A DNA stretch of 64,000 bases from Eledone cirrhosa (Eukaryota). This document shows, one piece after another, positions 30,140-44,529 of the stretch. Numbering within the stretch: the stretch's first letter is position 1; each line of letters starts with the position of its first letter. A program made the translations under genes and the position numbers. The notes beneath the pieces were generated by a model. It did not search any database. It saw only the letters and a list, made by a program, of their open reading frames with translations, and had not been told where the DNA came from. The DNA lies in NCBI GenBank assembly GCA_964016885.1, contig OZ024742.1:23374001-23438000 (forward strand). Direction: 5' to 3'.

Positions 30140-30433
30140 ATAAGGAATGTCGAAACATGTAACTAAAGTCCAAGTCATTTAGAACATTTAGGGTACATAA
30201 TTGTTATTAGTGTCAAAGGCATCATGTGGAGTGTCAGGAGTTTTAAAAAATGTTCTGCTTGAAAGAACACAATTACAGGCAGCACTGGTTGGACTTGTAA
30301 AACACTTGAAAATTTGCATTGAGCCTTTTGTCATACCGGTAACCGGCTAGTACTTAGTACTACCCTACATATTTATAGTTATATCAAACATATATAAATA
30401 TAAATATTCTTATTACTATATAAATATATATAT

Positions 30434-30908
30434 ATATCACAGAAAAAAAGAGAGCCAGTGTTGCGACGAATGGAATTTATTTGACATATTACAATCGTTT
30501 CTCTGGCGACCAGCTCGCGGCACGATGGAATGTGATGATCGAGCCTGACTCTGAAAATCGCAAGGTCCTCAGATACGTCTTGATTCTACGAAGCGGATTT
30601 TCCTATGTCCGTTTACATCGATATAAGCCGACAAGCGAAGTATATCGATGTAAATAGACATAGTAAAATCTGCTTCGCAGAATCAAGACGTATCTGAGAA
30701 CGTGGCGATTTTCAGAGTCATGTTCGATCCTCACATCGATTGTGGCTCGAGTTGGTCGACAGAGAAGCGATTGTAATATGTCCAATAAATTCCATTCGTC
30801 GCAACACTGATTCTCTTTTTTTCTGTGATATCATACTCTGCTCTATGAGAGCATCGAGTGCTCATACGGCCTACCGCATACGGACGCTTTAAGCATCCAA
30901 CACCAATT
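30434..30908 (+). mobile_element. fold-back element with large-stem-II HHR
   Basis: Arms at 30434-30625 and 30641-30831, tail at 30832-30908. The reverse complement of 30483-30579 reads GACGUAU-CUGAGGA-[64 nt]-GAAA-CGAUUG-UA-AUAUGUC. Confidence 0.8.
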
Positions 30909-31142
30909 ATATATATATATTCTTCTTCTTCACTCAAATTTTCCTAAAAGGGTCGTGGTGGAAGAGTCCTCAAAGACCCTTCGAACATGTCCAGTCAGAA
31001 GCAATCGTTTCCAACTGACCTGGCTGGAATCTAGTTCTTCGGAGGACTAACAACACACCTAGGAGCTGGACATATCAATGAATTGACAGAGTGGAACACA
31101 TTTCAACACCATGTTTACCTGTTTCTTCTACGTTAAATCGTA

Positions 31143-31195
31143 CTGTCCGGTGAGGTCACAGCTAATAATAGCTGTCACTGAAATATATATAGCAG
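31143..31195 (+). ncRNA. decayed hammerhead motif related to 8900-8955
   Basis: CUGU-CCGGUGA-GGUCACAGCUA-AUAA-UAGCUGUCACU-GAAA-UAUAUA-UA-GCAG, with two core substitutions. Confidence 0.6.
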
Positions 31196-31645
31196 AGAAT
31201 TATAATAAACGAAGCCAAATTTAACATGTTTGATTTACTTATTTTACATTACACCGGAGTAAACAAACCAGCCTGCGTACTTCGTCGAGTGTTCCAACCT
31301 GCATACTTAGTTGTCGGTAAACAACCAACACATACTCAAAATTTATATATATATATGAATGTCACCATTCACCATTTTCTGTGTATATATGTATATATGT
31401 GTATATGTGTGTGTATATATATATATATATGTACGTGTGTATATCTGTATGCTTTAATTCCTTTAAATCTTCATCAACACACCTTCACTCCCACACTCAT
31501 TAACACCCACCCCAACCCCAGACACATCCAAATCTCACTTATATATAGAGTCACACATTACAACACAACCTGATCTCTGTTTGACAATCGCTACCGACGA
31601 ATGTGAGAAAATTCTCCAGGAAAATTAACCAGGAATCTTTAAAAA

Positions 31646-31768
31646 TCTATATATATAAACCGAAGTTAACAAAGAACTTACTAGATCTTCCAACTCATAT
31701 TATTATAATATTATAAAATTAAATCAAATTGTTTAGAACTAAAAGTGAAGACATTGTTTTCCTTTTTT

Positions 31769-31830
<62 letters not shown>

Positions 31831-31927
31831 TGGCCTTGCGATAAATGAAGTAAGTTAAGATTTATTATATGAGCATTTCTCTTCATATTATATTCTGCAC
31901 ACGAGCAACGCCGGTTAACACTGCTAG
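31646..31927 (+). mobile_element. non-autonomous Helitron-like element
   Basis: Starts TCTATATATATAAA after an A and ends with a degenerate GC-rich hairpin (cgagcaacgccgg) then CTAG before a T. Contains an internal (TA)n. Confidence 0.55.
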
Positions 31928-33832
31928 TTCATTAATTATATATAAACTTAAAATCATACGTAAATCAGTAACTTGCTCACATATGAATATTTGATGGAGA
32001 CACATAGCATGACAATATTAATAATAGACATTAATGGAAAAAAAAAGTGTTTTTGGTGAAAAGTTTCAGGCTCGTCTCAATATGATTTCATAATCACATT
32101 TATTTTGATACCAAATGGTATTTACAGCTAACTCCTAGTAAACAGTACAAACGATAATTATGCGGAAAAAAAAATGGCATAAGTTTTTCATTGCAAAACT
32201 CACTAATTAAGAATAATGAACTGCTTGCGGTAATGGTATACAGTGATTACTTAGTTTATGTAATTGGTTGAGAGACTGCAAGAGATATTAAAATCGCTAG
32301 GAGTTTATGTGTGTTGTAAATATAAGAGAAATAGTGTGTAGTGACATGTAGGTTTGATATAATTACTGTATGCACAATCATGTCTCTAGTTTATTTACTC
32401 GTTTTGGTTAGGATAAATGATTTGAGCATGGCTGTGGTTCATACTCATCACTCCACGCAAAAGAGTAAGGTATTTCATCAAAGCCTCTACGAATTCTATC
32501 AAACAACAAACCATCTATTAGCTATACCAAAACTATCGCTCCTCTACGGAGTCTATCATGCCACCGATCATTTGTTTAATTTTCTCAGCCGTTGCTAATC
32601 TTCCAGTTCTATAAATTCACTGCCTCTCTCTGAATTCTACCAATTCAACGTCTTTACTAGAAATTATATGTAAAATATTATCACTGGTTAACAAACAAAA
32701 CAAGAAAATTGTGAAACCTTTACTAATTATAGATTAATTCTATCATCTCTTGTGTTGAATATACAATTAACCCATTTCTATGTCGACCTATATATTTGTC
32801 CTTTAATATTTAGACTTTTCGTTGGATAGATGTAAAACTTTCAACTATGGATGGATCTCTGTCAGTTACGATGATGTTTATTCCAATTGAACGATGAACG
32901 GATAAGCCTGCTTGTTACACTTAATTCAATTCTCAGGGAGATACATTGTGAGACAGTGTGTGACAAGTCTCGGCCTTTGTATTCACGATACCGTCCATCC
33001 GGCGGGCTTCTGAACAGTTTCCCTCTACGCTTTTCCACTTACAATGCAAGGGTCGTCGACTCGTGGCCAAGTTAAGTAACACTTTCTCAAGATAACATGT
33101 AGTTGTGGAACGGAACCCAGGACCTAATTATTGCAGTTATGTTAATTTTATTAATAAATTATTAAGATATTTTCTCAGAAATATAACCATATTGGTGCTA
33201 TTGGTATATTACATGTTATTCATAAAACTGCACACTACTAAATATATTTATATCAGCACTAAGTCTGAGAGAGCTCTATATTAGAATATATAGTTATTGT
33301 AACTTAAATCTATACATTAATCTCTCTATTTATACACCTAAAAGTAGATCCGAATTATTAGACTCCAAAAAAGTGTGTTATTTTAATCAGGTACTTTTTT
33401 AAAACGATTATTTTTTTATAAATGGGACTATGTCTTATTAAATAATTGACTTAGTACAATAGCGACCATATAAGCGGCGAATCGACCGAGTCGTTAGAAC
33501 GTTGGATAGAAGGTTTTGCGGTATTTGTTCCGAAGCTGCGTTCTGATTACAAATTTCGTCGAAGTCAACTTTGCTTTTAATCCTCTTTCTGGGGGTCACT
33601 TCTTCCATATATTTCTTTCAGTTTTCCTCTCTATCACCCACTTTTCTGAAAGAAATCGAATGTGTTCATAGCTAGAGAAGCGATGGGATCTACCCGAGTT
33701 TAAAAATGACCAAAAAACGTTGTATGTCACAGTGCCGCCATCAGGGGTTGCGGGTACATACATACAAGATAGCAACCGATACATTTTCTCTTTCAGTGCC
33801 TCCATATTCTTCGTAAAACCTCTTTGATATAA

Positions 33833-34075
33833 GTTCTGTGCTATAAAGAAACAATCTCTATGCTATGATATGTAAAGCAACACATTTTGTGCTTTGCGAT
33901 ATAAATCAACGAACACTCTGCTATGCGATATAAAACAACACATTCTGTGCTATGCTATATACAGCTACAAAATCGGTACTATGCCACATATAGCAACATA
34001 TTCTATGCTATGCCATATAAAACAACACATTATGTGCTATGTAAATTAAAGCAACGGACTGTGCGATGCGCTGCA
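33833..34075. repeat. degenerate ~29-bp tandem repeat
   Basis: About 8 variants of ttctgtgctatgcgatataaaacaacaca. Confidence 0.7.
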
Positions 34076-34704
34076 ATTTCAAAGATATTACGAACAAGAT
34101 TGAAGTGAAATCTAGTGTAACTGTGAAAAGAAACATTGTCAGCTCACCCAACTGTTAGTTTCCTCAAAACAGTATGACACTCACCCTGCCTTAATGACTT
34201 TCCAACATAACAATATCAACTAAAAGGCCTATCTTTGTTTTCAACTATTAATTCTATGAACCGTTTCCCTCATAAAGTATTTTACATTAAATCCAGAACC
34301 ACCGTCTACCTATTGCCATAGCAATGAAGGTAATTCAGTACATTTCTATAAACCTCATTTCCACATCATCTGACGCTTCTTGTAATTTGTGTTTGGATAT
34401 TATTGATAATATTATTATTATCTTTTTATTTGATATTGATTCCATGAATTCGATATTTTGAAGTTAACTGCCATCATCTTTTTCGTGATATTTTTTTTAA
34501 AAGAATGTTATTGTTTCATCGTTACAATGCTACTGCTTCTACCACAGATATGATATCAAAAGGTACCACCACCAGCAACGCTATATCCACCACAATCAGC
34601 GCCACTCCAGTGCTTCACTTGCCGATACTACTACTACTACTACTACTAATACTAATACTACTACTACCACCACCACCACCACCACCACCACCACCACCAC
34701 CACC

Positions 34705-34773
<69 letters not shown>

Positions 34774-34779
34774 GCGGTA

Positions 34780-35565
34780 ATAACAATGATGGTTCCTGAT
34801 TTAGGCACAATGCCAAACATTTTCTTTGGAGGGAGTCAATTAAAACGACCCAGTGCGTTACTGTTAATTTATTTTATCGACCCCGTAAGGATGAAATGAA
34901 AGGGAGGGATATGAATTCTGAATATAAAGGGCCGTAGCTCTCTGACGCAAAGCATGTTGTCCCACGATCTACTGGTACGGCCAATACTTGAACAAATAAT
35001 TGTTTCTACATTTGGCACAAGGCCAGCAATTACCCAGTCTATTACTGGTACTTTATTTTATCGACTCCGTAAGGATGAAAGGCAAAGTCAACCTCGGCGG
35101 GATTTGAACTCAGAATAGCAAGGGCCGTAACTCTATACGTCAAAGCATGGCGTCCGACCCTCTACCGAACAAATACTTGAACAAATAATGATAATTGTTT
35201 CTACAGTTGTCACAAGGCCAGCAATTATCCAGTGTATAACTGGTAATTTATTTTATAGACCTCGTAAAAATGAAAGGCGAACTTAGAACGCAAAGGGCCA
35301 TAGCTCTCTGCCGCAAAGTATGGCGTCTGGTGTTCTACTGACATTGCCAATTTTCCCCACATTACAAATAATAGAATGTGCATCTAATTTTGGCACAAAG
35401 TCAGCAATTACTCAGTGCATTACTAGTACTTTATTTTATCGACTCCATAAGGATGAGAGGCAAAGTTTACCTTGGCGGGATTTGAACTCAGACAGGAAAG
35501 GGGCGTAACTCTACGCTGCAAAGCATGGCATCCGACCGTCTACATATACTGCTAATCCACCGCTC
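34780..35565 (-). mobile_element. tandem array of 4 SINE A copies
   Basis: Repeated ggcacaaggccagcaatt..ggtactttattttatcgac..gtaaggatgaaaggcaaag..gatttgaactcaga. Confidence 0.9.
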
Positions 35566-35806
35566 TCAGTCCATCGAAGATAGTGAGAGTGAACCAGGTT
35601 TAAATATTATAAATAACGAGAAGTTAGCATCAGTTAAAAGTCTAAAAGAGATTATGTGAGAAGCGGTGTTGTCTATCGGAACTAATCAGATGGTTGTCTC
35701 AAGACACAAGTTATATAGAAACAGACCAAAACTGTAACTGATATTCTTGAATTGATAACATTAAATATAACCAACGGCAATCTACAAGAAATAGCAGTCC
35801 TGTATG

Positions 35807-35871
<65 letters not shown>

Positions 35872-35999
35872 CTGTGTGCATATGGCATGGCCCTGTAACT
35901 GACGGAGTCGTAGGGATGCGGCATTAACATACGGCGTTTCTTGGGCAATTGAAGCCAATCCCACACAAAATATACATATAAATATATATATAAATATAT

Positions 36000-36685
36000 C
36001 GAGTCACGGAGCACCTCCGGAACATTCGTCTCGGGGGCAGTTCCCCCATCGCCCGCCACTTTGGTGGCCCTGGACACTCCGCACACCATCTCACAGTCTG
36101 TGGCCTACTCCAGTGCCACGGAACACCCGCCCATCGCCTCACGGTCGAACAACGTACTATCTTCATCTTACAGACCCACACTCCCCCCGGCCTGAACTCC
36201 CCACCCTTATTCCTTTAGCGTTCGACCGCCCCCCTTCCCCACTTATCCCCCACTAACACGCCCCTCCTTTTCACCGCCCACCCCACACTAACAATACTAA
36301 CACCTCCACTCCACCCCTCATCTGACCACCCTTCCCCAACTAACATACTAACATCCCTTCCCTCCCCTCTTCTCCTCCTCTCCCGTCCTTATCACACGCA
36401 CACACTTACACCACCCACCCCACACGCAACTAACATCACTAACACCCTCCAACCCCACGCACACGTACCCACACACCCTCGTACACCACCAACTCTACAC
36501 ACCCTACCCCCACTAACCCCCACTCACACCTGCATTCCACCCCTCCCCACCTCCCGTCTACTAACACCCACTAACACCTCCTCACCAAACTACACACACA
36601 CCAGTACACCACACTCCCTCCATAGAACCACACACACCCTTCTCTCCCCACTCCACACCCACTCATCCCGCTAACACCCCTACTA

Positions 36686-36742
<57 letters not shown>

Positions 36743-37703
36743 CCTCACTCCAACTCTCACACCTACCCATCCTCGCCTCCCTACCATTCCGCTGACTGCT
36801 GCTATGCCCTTCCGACCACTGTCTCAGCACCACCTGACCACAGCACTTCCACTGCTGACCACTTCCTGTTGCGCGCGCACCCCACATCTCTCCTTTTCCG
36901 ACCACCGCTACTTGGATTACCCACACGCGTTTTGACTTCCAACCAAAATCTCCATACATCCGTGTAACTTACCACTTTCAACCATCCTCTAACACCATCA
37001 CCTATATAACTCACCCACACACACATCCCAAAACAATTTTTTTTATCCACACGCCACCCACACCCACTAAACGCTTAAACCACACACACGTGCTTCCCAC
37101 CACATATTTTCACCCTCAGCCGCCTGATTCCTCTCCCCCCACCCCCTATCCACACACGCACAGACCCTCCAACACACACAAACACCCCCCCCCCCCCCCA
37201 CACACCTTCCTGAACATGCAACCCCGTTCTTCCCCCAACCCTCACTTTCACATACACACACACACACACACACACAAGCACACCTAACCACACACACCAC
37301 CTTCAGCCCTCCCCGCTCGGACACCCCGTCTCCCTCTCCCCACTCCACCCGCCTCCATCTCTACTCACCCCACACCCTTCCACCACCTGTTTACCTCCCT
37401 TTTAATTTCAGTTTATTTTGATCATGCCTTTATTTTTAAATGTTCTCATTCCTTGTATTTTGATCATGCTTTATTTTTATTTATTATTTATTATATTTTT
37501 GTCTTTATTTGTTAATTTTTCATTCGCACCGTTTCCTTTCGCTATATGACTCTCCACCACTCCCCTACACACCTTTTGAACTCTCACCTGAAGAAGGGCT
37601 TATGCCCGAAACGTCGTCCTCCACCTACCCCCTACTCTCCTGAGCGTGAATCTAATAAACATTTGTCGTACTGCCTCTCTGTTCTGTCCCTGTTAAATTT
37701 TTC

Positions 37704-37706
<3 letters not shown>
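36000..37706 (+). mobile_element. 5'-truncated Penelope-like element (Neptune-type): GIY-YIG C-terminus, long C/A-rich 3' region, HHR
   Basis: 36000-36218 reads RVTEHLRNIRLGGSSPIARHFGGPGHSAHHLTVCGLLQCHGTPAHRLTVEQRTIFILQTHTPPGLNS...*, matching the R..EH / A.HF / E...I..L.T..P.GLN motifs of PLE endonucleases. HHR core at 37588. Flanked by TA-rich tracts. Confidence 0.85.
37584..37620 (+). ncRNA. minimal type I hammerhead motif
   Basis: CUGAAGA-A-GGGC-UUAU-GCCC-GAAA-CG-UC, with a palindromic ACGU stem III. Stem I is weak. Confidence 0.65.
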
Positions 37707-37758
<52 letters not shown>

Positions 37759-38169
37759 ATGTATAATTATATATATATGCATATATACGGATGATCCTGT
37801 GAGTGCACAGGTCAAACTCAATAGTAACAAACCAAACACTTAAATAAAGAATAACCATATATATATATAAATATGCATATAATTATGCGTGTGCGTGTAG
37901 GATTGGGTGGAATGCAATTTGCAAGAATTTAATGTATATTTGGATGTTTAGCTCTCAATATATCATCCCGTATATTCGTTTCAACATTAGCATAATTGCT
38001 ATAATTCTGTTTATATACTCGATGATGAATAAGCATGTGTAAAAACATGTGTTGTATACACTCAAGCAGAATTTATATTTATATAGTTACTTCCATAAGT
38101 ATATATATATATATATATATACACATATGTACATATATATATACATATATATTATATATATACATATAT

Positions 38170-38210
<41 letters not shown>

Positions 38211-38223
38211 CATACATATAGAC

Positions 38224-38260
<37 letters not shown>

Positions 38261-38262
38261 CA

Positions 38263-38298
<36 letters not shown>

Positions 38299-38347
38299 CA
38301 TACATACATATATAGATATATATACATATATACATATATATATATAC

Positions 38348-38459
<112 letters not shown>

Positions 38460-38493
38460 GCCTACATATATACATATATATATATATGCCTAC

Positions 38494-38583
<90 letters not shown>

Positions 38584-39192
38584 GCCTACATATATACATA
38601 TATATATATATGCCTACATATATACATATATATATATATATATAAATATATATATGCATAGACGCATAGATACACACATACATACAAACTTATATATAGA
38701 TATATACATATATACATATATATGTGCGTGTATAGTCATTAATATTCATACGCTTGAAACCATTAATTTCGAAAATGAAATTGAATAAGATAGGTGCGCT
38801 GTCAGTTCTGGACATGCTGGCCATTATTATTAGACAATAATGGGATTAAACAGCCAATTCCCTCCTCTCTTCTCCCCTACATCTGCCACCATTCACAGCA
38901 ATCTGCATCCAACGATTCCTATTGAACCTTAAGTATAAATAACTCCATGTGTTCTTTGCGCTATTGTGCGTCTTTTTTCATTTCGCGTTTCTACATCGAA
39001 ATCATCATTGAACTGTGTACAAATGCATTTAGACGAATTAAACAATACTATTTGATATATATTGTCTTCTCCACTTTACTTTCATCTTTGTCTTTCTCTT
39101 TCTATATTTTTGTTATTTTTTCATACTCTCTGTGAAATACTCTTACCATTAAAATTTCTCTCTTTTCATTCTTCTCTCATTAGATCTCTCAC

Positions 39193-39334
<142 letters not shown>

Positions 39335-39935
39335 AATATATATAGAGAGATATAGATATAGATACATAAATAGACACAGATACATACATACATATGTATA
39401 TATATGCATGTGTGCACACATATAAGTCTTTATCTGACTTTCTGACTATACTTCTCCATTTTCCCTTTGTCTCTCGCTCACCCTCTTTCCCTCTCTGTAG
39501 GAATCCTTCCTTACAGTGTGTAGTTGCTAATCTAGTAAAATATAAGCCGCTGATCTGAACGTAAGCTACGATCTGGCTGACTACCAGCTCTAAGCTGAGT
39601 GAAGTGCAAACTCTTGATCAATATGACTGAATTTATGCATACAAACATATATGTATATATATATATAGTTAAAACTTAGACGTATATATATATATATATG
39701 AATGTATCTATACACGTATATATGTATGATTTATTGTCTAAGATCACATCTGAAGCAACACAATCTATTTAATCTAACAACAAATGTATTGAGAAAGTAT
39801 TTTTTTCTGAATTTAGCAACGGTATCTCTAAAGAAGCGGTGAGAATGTAGATATGCAATATGTATGCGAGTATATATATATGTTTATATATATAAATATA
39901 AGTATGTATACGTACATACATATATGTATACAGAC

Positions 39936-40056
<121 letters not shown>

Positions 40057-40842
40057 CAGACATATATTAAGAGAGAGAGAGAGAGAGGGGCCTGATATAT
40101 GTTTATGTACATATATGGAAATATCTATAACCGTCTCTGTTCATTGTTATTTGTCTAAATATACATATGTGTATGTGTATGTGTGAATATGTGCCCTGTG
40201 TGTGTAATGAATCTGCGAAATACGTATATAGAAGAAATATATGGAAAGTGCTGTGTATAGAGGTAAGCTAAATGTAGTGAGATAGATATACGTAGGTATA
40301 GTAGCACATATATGAAGCCTAAGAGACTGACAGTCAGACTCATGCACATACCAACATCAGATGTACGTATAGATGCTTGCTTGAGATAGATGAATATTCA
40401 GCGGATTTTTCTCATCTAAAACATTTCTTTTTAATCATGACTTTTTCTTTTGTCTTTTATATAAATGTTTATATATTAACGTTCGTTCTTGCTTAACATG
40501 GAAATTGATAGTTTCCAGGTGATTCTTTTTCAAAGTAGTTGTTCATTATTTTCAGAGTTTCTTCTCTATATGATTCATCACCGTGAGCCGAGCCCATCAT
40601 CATTTGAGTTGGGCCATTGGATGGTACAGTTTCTCTACTATTCAATGGTGGACGCTAAGATTAAGGAATTTGTCTAGAAATACGTTCGTAGTGAAGACGT
40701 ACTAACTCAAGTTTTTCTGGAGATCTCTTGAGTATCAAAACCTGGTGACTGGCTCGCCACGGAAAGGAGCTTGATGTTTCACTTATTAATGGTCGTTAAA
40801 TAACTTTTGATAGTAGCTAGTTATGCACCCGTTTCCTTCGCT

Positions 40843-42018
40843 AGAGGGTCGGACGCCATGCTTTGAAGCATAGAGTTACGTCCCTTTATTATCTGAGTTC
40901 AAATCCCGCCGAGGTTAACTTTGCCTTCCATCTTACAGGGTCGATAAAATAAAGTACCAGTAATACACTGGGGTAATTGCTGGCCTTGTGCCAAAAGTAG
41001 AAACAATAATTAAAACTACAGCTCTTACCTTTGTTAACAAATTTCGTTTTTCTCTAAGCACTCTCTCTGAAGAATACCGCAGATATATATGTTTCGCCTC
41101 ATAAATTTCTTATGTAGAAAATTACTATAAACAAAATGGTTAGACAAGAAGATACCAGCGATTAAACCAAGACACAATATTGTAGTAGAAAATAAAAAAA
41201 TAAATATATGTATGGAAATAATGTTTCTACTTTTGGCTCAAGGCCAGCAATTATCCCAGGGCATTGCTGGTGTTTTATTTTATCGACCCCGTCAGAATGA
41301 AAGGCAAAGTTAACCTCGGCAGATTTGAACTCAGAACGTAAAGGGCCATAACTCTATGTATCGAAATAATGATTTCTAGTATAGGCAGAAGGCCAGTAAT
41401 TTGAAGGGGGAGGGGTCGATTAAATTGACACCAGTGCATTACTGGTGCTTTATTTTATCGGCCCCGTAAAGATGAAAGGCTAAGTTAACCTCGGCAGGAT
41501 TTGAACTCAGACCGAAAAGGGACGGAACTCTATGTATTGAAATAATGGTTTCTTATATAGGCACATGGCCAGCAATTTTGGGGGAGGGGAAAGTCGATTA
41601 AATCGGCCCCAGTGCGTGACTGGTACTTTATTTATCGACCCCGTAAGGATGAAAGGCAAAGTTAACCTCGGCGGGATTTGAACTCAGATCATAAAGGGCC
41701 GTAACTCTTTGTGGCAAAGCAAGCTGTCCGACCCTCTACCGATACTGCCAGTCCGCCGCCCTTTATTTATTGAAATAAGAAAAATATTTTAGGGTGTGTT
41801 GAAATTAATAATTGCTTCTAGTTTTGTCCCAAGGCCAACAATTTGAAGGGAAGGGAAAATCGAATAATTGATCCCTGTGCGTTACTGGTACTTTATTTCA
41901 TCGAGTCATTAAAAATAAAAGAAAGGATAGCCCCAGCTGGCTAGAACTCAGTATGTAAAGAGCCATAACTATATACCATAAAGCACGTTGTCCGACACTC
42001 TACCGATACGGTCCCAAT
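40843..42018. mobile_element. SINE A cluster: one + copy (40843-41010) and four tandem - copies (41218-42018)
   Basis: Same family A core in each copy. Confidence 0.9.
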
Positions 42019-42671
42019 TATGAAATTAGTAATAATTTATGCAATTGTAATAAAATGGGTTGTATATTCCGCTGTTATCTCTAAGAATAGAAGAAAAATA
42101 TGCAGAAATGTATTTTACGCTAAACAGAGTTGTTTAACATTGGGACAATTCCACCACTTGCTGAAAACAGAATTTACTAAACCGATATTGATAAGTGATG
42201 CACAGAATTCATGTTCACGTGGATTAATGAAATAAAAAAAGAATATTACTAAATAATGAACACATATTTTGGCAAAGAATCGCCGATTTAAAATCCTTTT
42301 CCTCAAAAAACTTTAGCTGTAACTAAATATATATAGTAAACAAGGAGAGCTATTTGAGAAATTATATTTATATTTATAATTTTAACTACTGGTCAGTCAA
42401 TATTGATTGCTAGCTAGACTATTTATAACAATATACTTAACTGAAGCGAAAACCAAACTAAACAGTGAATGTGTTTTATTATTGTTTGCAATATTGGTAA
42501 ACACAGTACTCCACAAATATAACAAAGATATATAAATTAAAGGAAAAGAGAGCAGTAAATTATCTACTTACCAATGACCATCAGGTAAGTTCTGATACGT
42601 TTTGAAACAAACAGGTAGCTACATTTCCCTCCAACAAAATCTGGAAAAACATAATTGCAAAATATTTCTGT

Positions 42672-43566
42672 TAATAATTGTTTCTATTTTAGGCACAAGG
42701 CCAGCAATTATCCAGTACATTACTGGCACTTTATTTTATCAACCCCGTAAGGATGAAAGGCAAAGTTAACCTCGGCGGGATTTGAACTCAGATCATAAAG
42801 GGACGTAACTCTATGCTTCAAAGCATGGTGTCCGACTCTCTACCGATACTGCCAATCCACCGCCCTTTCTGTTAATAATATCTCCTATACATATATGAGG
42901 AGATGAGATAAATGTTAACCATTAAGAAATCGCACCACTAAAAGAAATAGGTCGGTGGAAATTACTTAGCAATGTACAGAGAGATGGAAGAGATATTATT
43001 AAAAACAAAAGAAATTTCTTCCTTTCGTGAAACGCAATGCTGAAAGAGAAATATAATAGGCTAGAATAAATCGAAAGGAATTATTGCACTTCCATTAAAT
43101 TCTAAAAATCATGTGAAATCACAGAGAGTGAGACAGAAAAATTATAAGACAACATCAGATACTACTAAAATGTTTTCAGTAAGGGTTGCTATTATTCCAA
43201 GCTGACGGATATTAGAGAAACCATTTTTTAAATATAACAAAAATAACTATCCATATACCGTACACACACCATCCAATTGCAGGTGAGATCCTTCTGTATA
43301 ACCTGCAAACAGATTGTGAATCCCTCATTCACTAAGACCACTGTAATAATGGTTTCTAATTTAGTCACAAGACCAGCATTTTGGTGGAGGGGTACGTCGA
43401 TTAAATCGATTCCAGTACATTACTTGTTCTTTATTTTATCGACCCTGTATGGATGAAACGTAAAGTTAACCTTGGTGGTATTTGATCTCAGAACGTAGAG
43501 GAACGTAACTATATGGCACAGAGCATGTTGTCCATCGCTCTAACGATACTACCAATACATCGCCCT
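42672..43566 (-). mobile_element. two SINE A copies (42672-42866, 43345-43566)
   Basis: Same core, with full-length heads (gggcggtggattggcagtatcggtagag in the reverse complement). Confidence 0.9.
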
Positions 43567-44451
43567 GACCACTTTTAACATTATATTATTGTTGCAGTCG
43601 AATAGGCAGTTGGTACAACAATAGTATCGGAATGTGTCGAAACATACGTAAAATGTGGATATCATTTGCAAGGATTACAAGACCACATTCGATTTTAAAA
43701 CACTCTCGCAAACCCAAAGTTCTAAAGTTCCAGCCAGAGTTGGGTTTAGACCTAGGGGAGGTCGGGGCACTTCAGGTTTAGGGGTACTCTAATACACAAA
43801 AACAAAATAGAATACACAGCAAACCCCTCAATTTTACATATCAAATTCAGCGTGGCGCAAGTAATTGGAATTGAAAAGCTATACATACAGGTATTAAATT
43901 AAAAAAATTCTAACCATCCTAAAAGCCCAGCTTAGAGCACAAATGCATTGCTACAGTCGTCGCTTGTGACCCTCCCCCCAATGCAGTGACCCATGGCAAT
44001 TGCATTATCCCCCCCCCCCCCCCATTAAATCTGGCCCTTGTTCCATAAACAGTAGTCAACACTGTAAAAACAGGCATTATCTTGAAATACCATTCTAAAA
44101 CTAAATATTACAGGAAACATTTCCTTTGTGTCTGATATAAGATATAATATCTTAAGGGTTATATTTCAAAGAGACGTCTCGCTGCATGATAATGTAAGCG
44201 ATCATCTCATCCTTTATCATTAGGAAAATGTGATGGGTTTGTAATTACATCATAGGGAGACATAATATCAATTTGGCCCCTCGTAACATTTTGGAAAGCA
44301 TTGCGGGACATATCTTACGGGCAATCATTCAACTGGTAGGATACCTGGGGGTAGACCCCGAACAAGATACTTACCGACAAGCTAAGAATATTGACAGGAA
44401 AGTGTCAGTTATTCTGTAGTTAGTTACTATAATGTTCTCTCTCTCTCTCAC

Positions 44452-44529
<78 letters not shown>

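Noticed and set aside
35880-35970. GAAA-CGCCG-UA half-motif on the minus strand
   Set aside because: No CUGANGA upstream, so it cannot be called.
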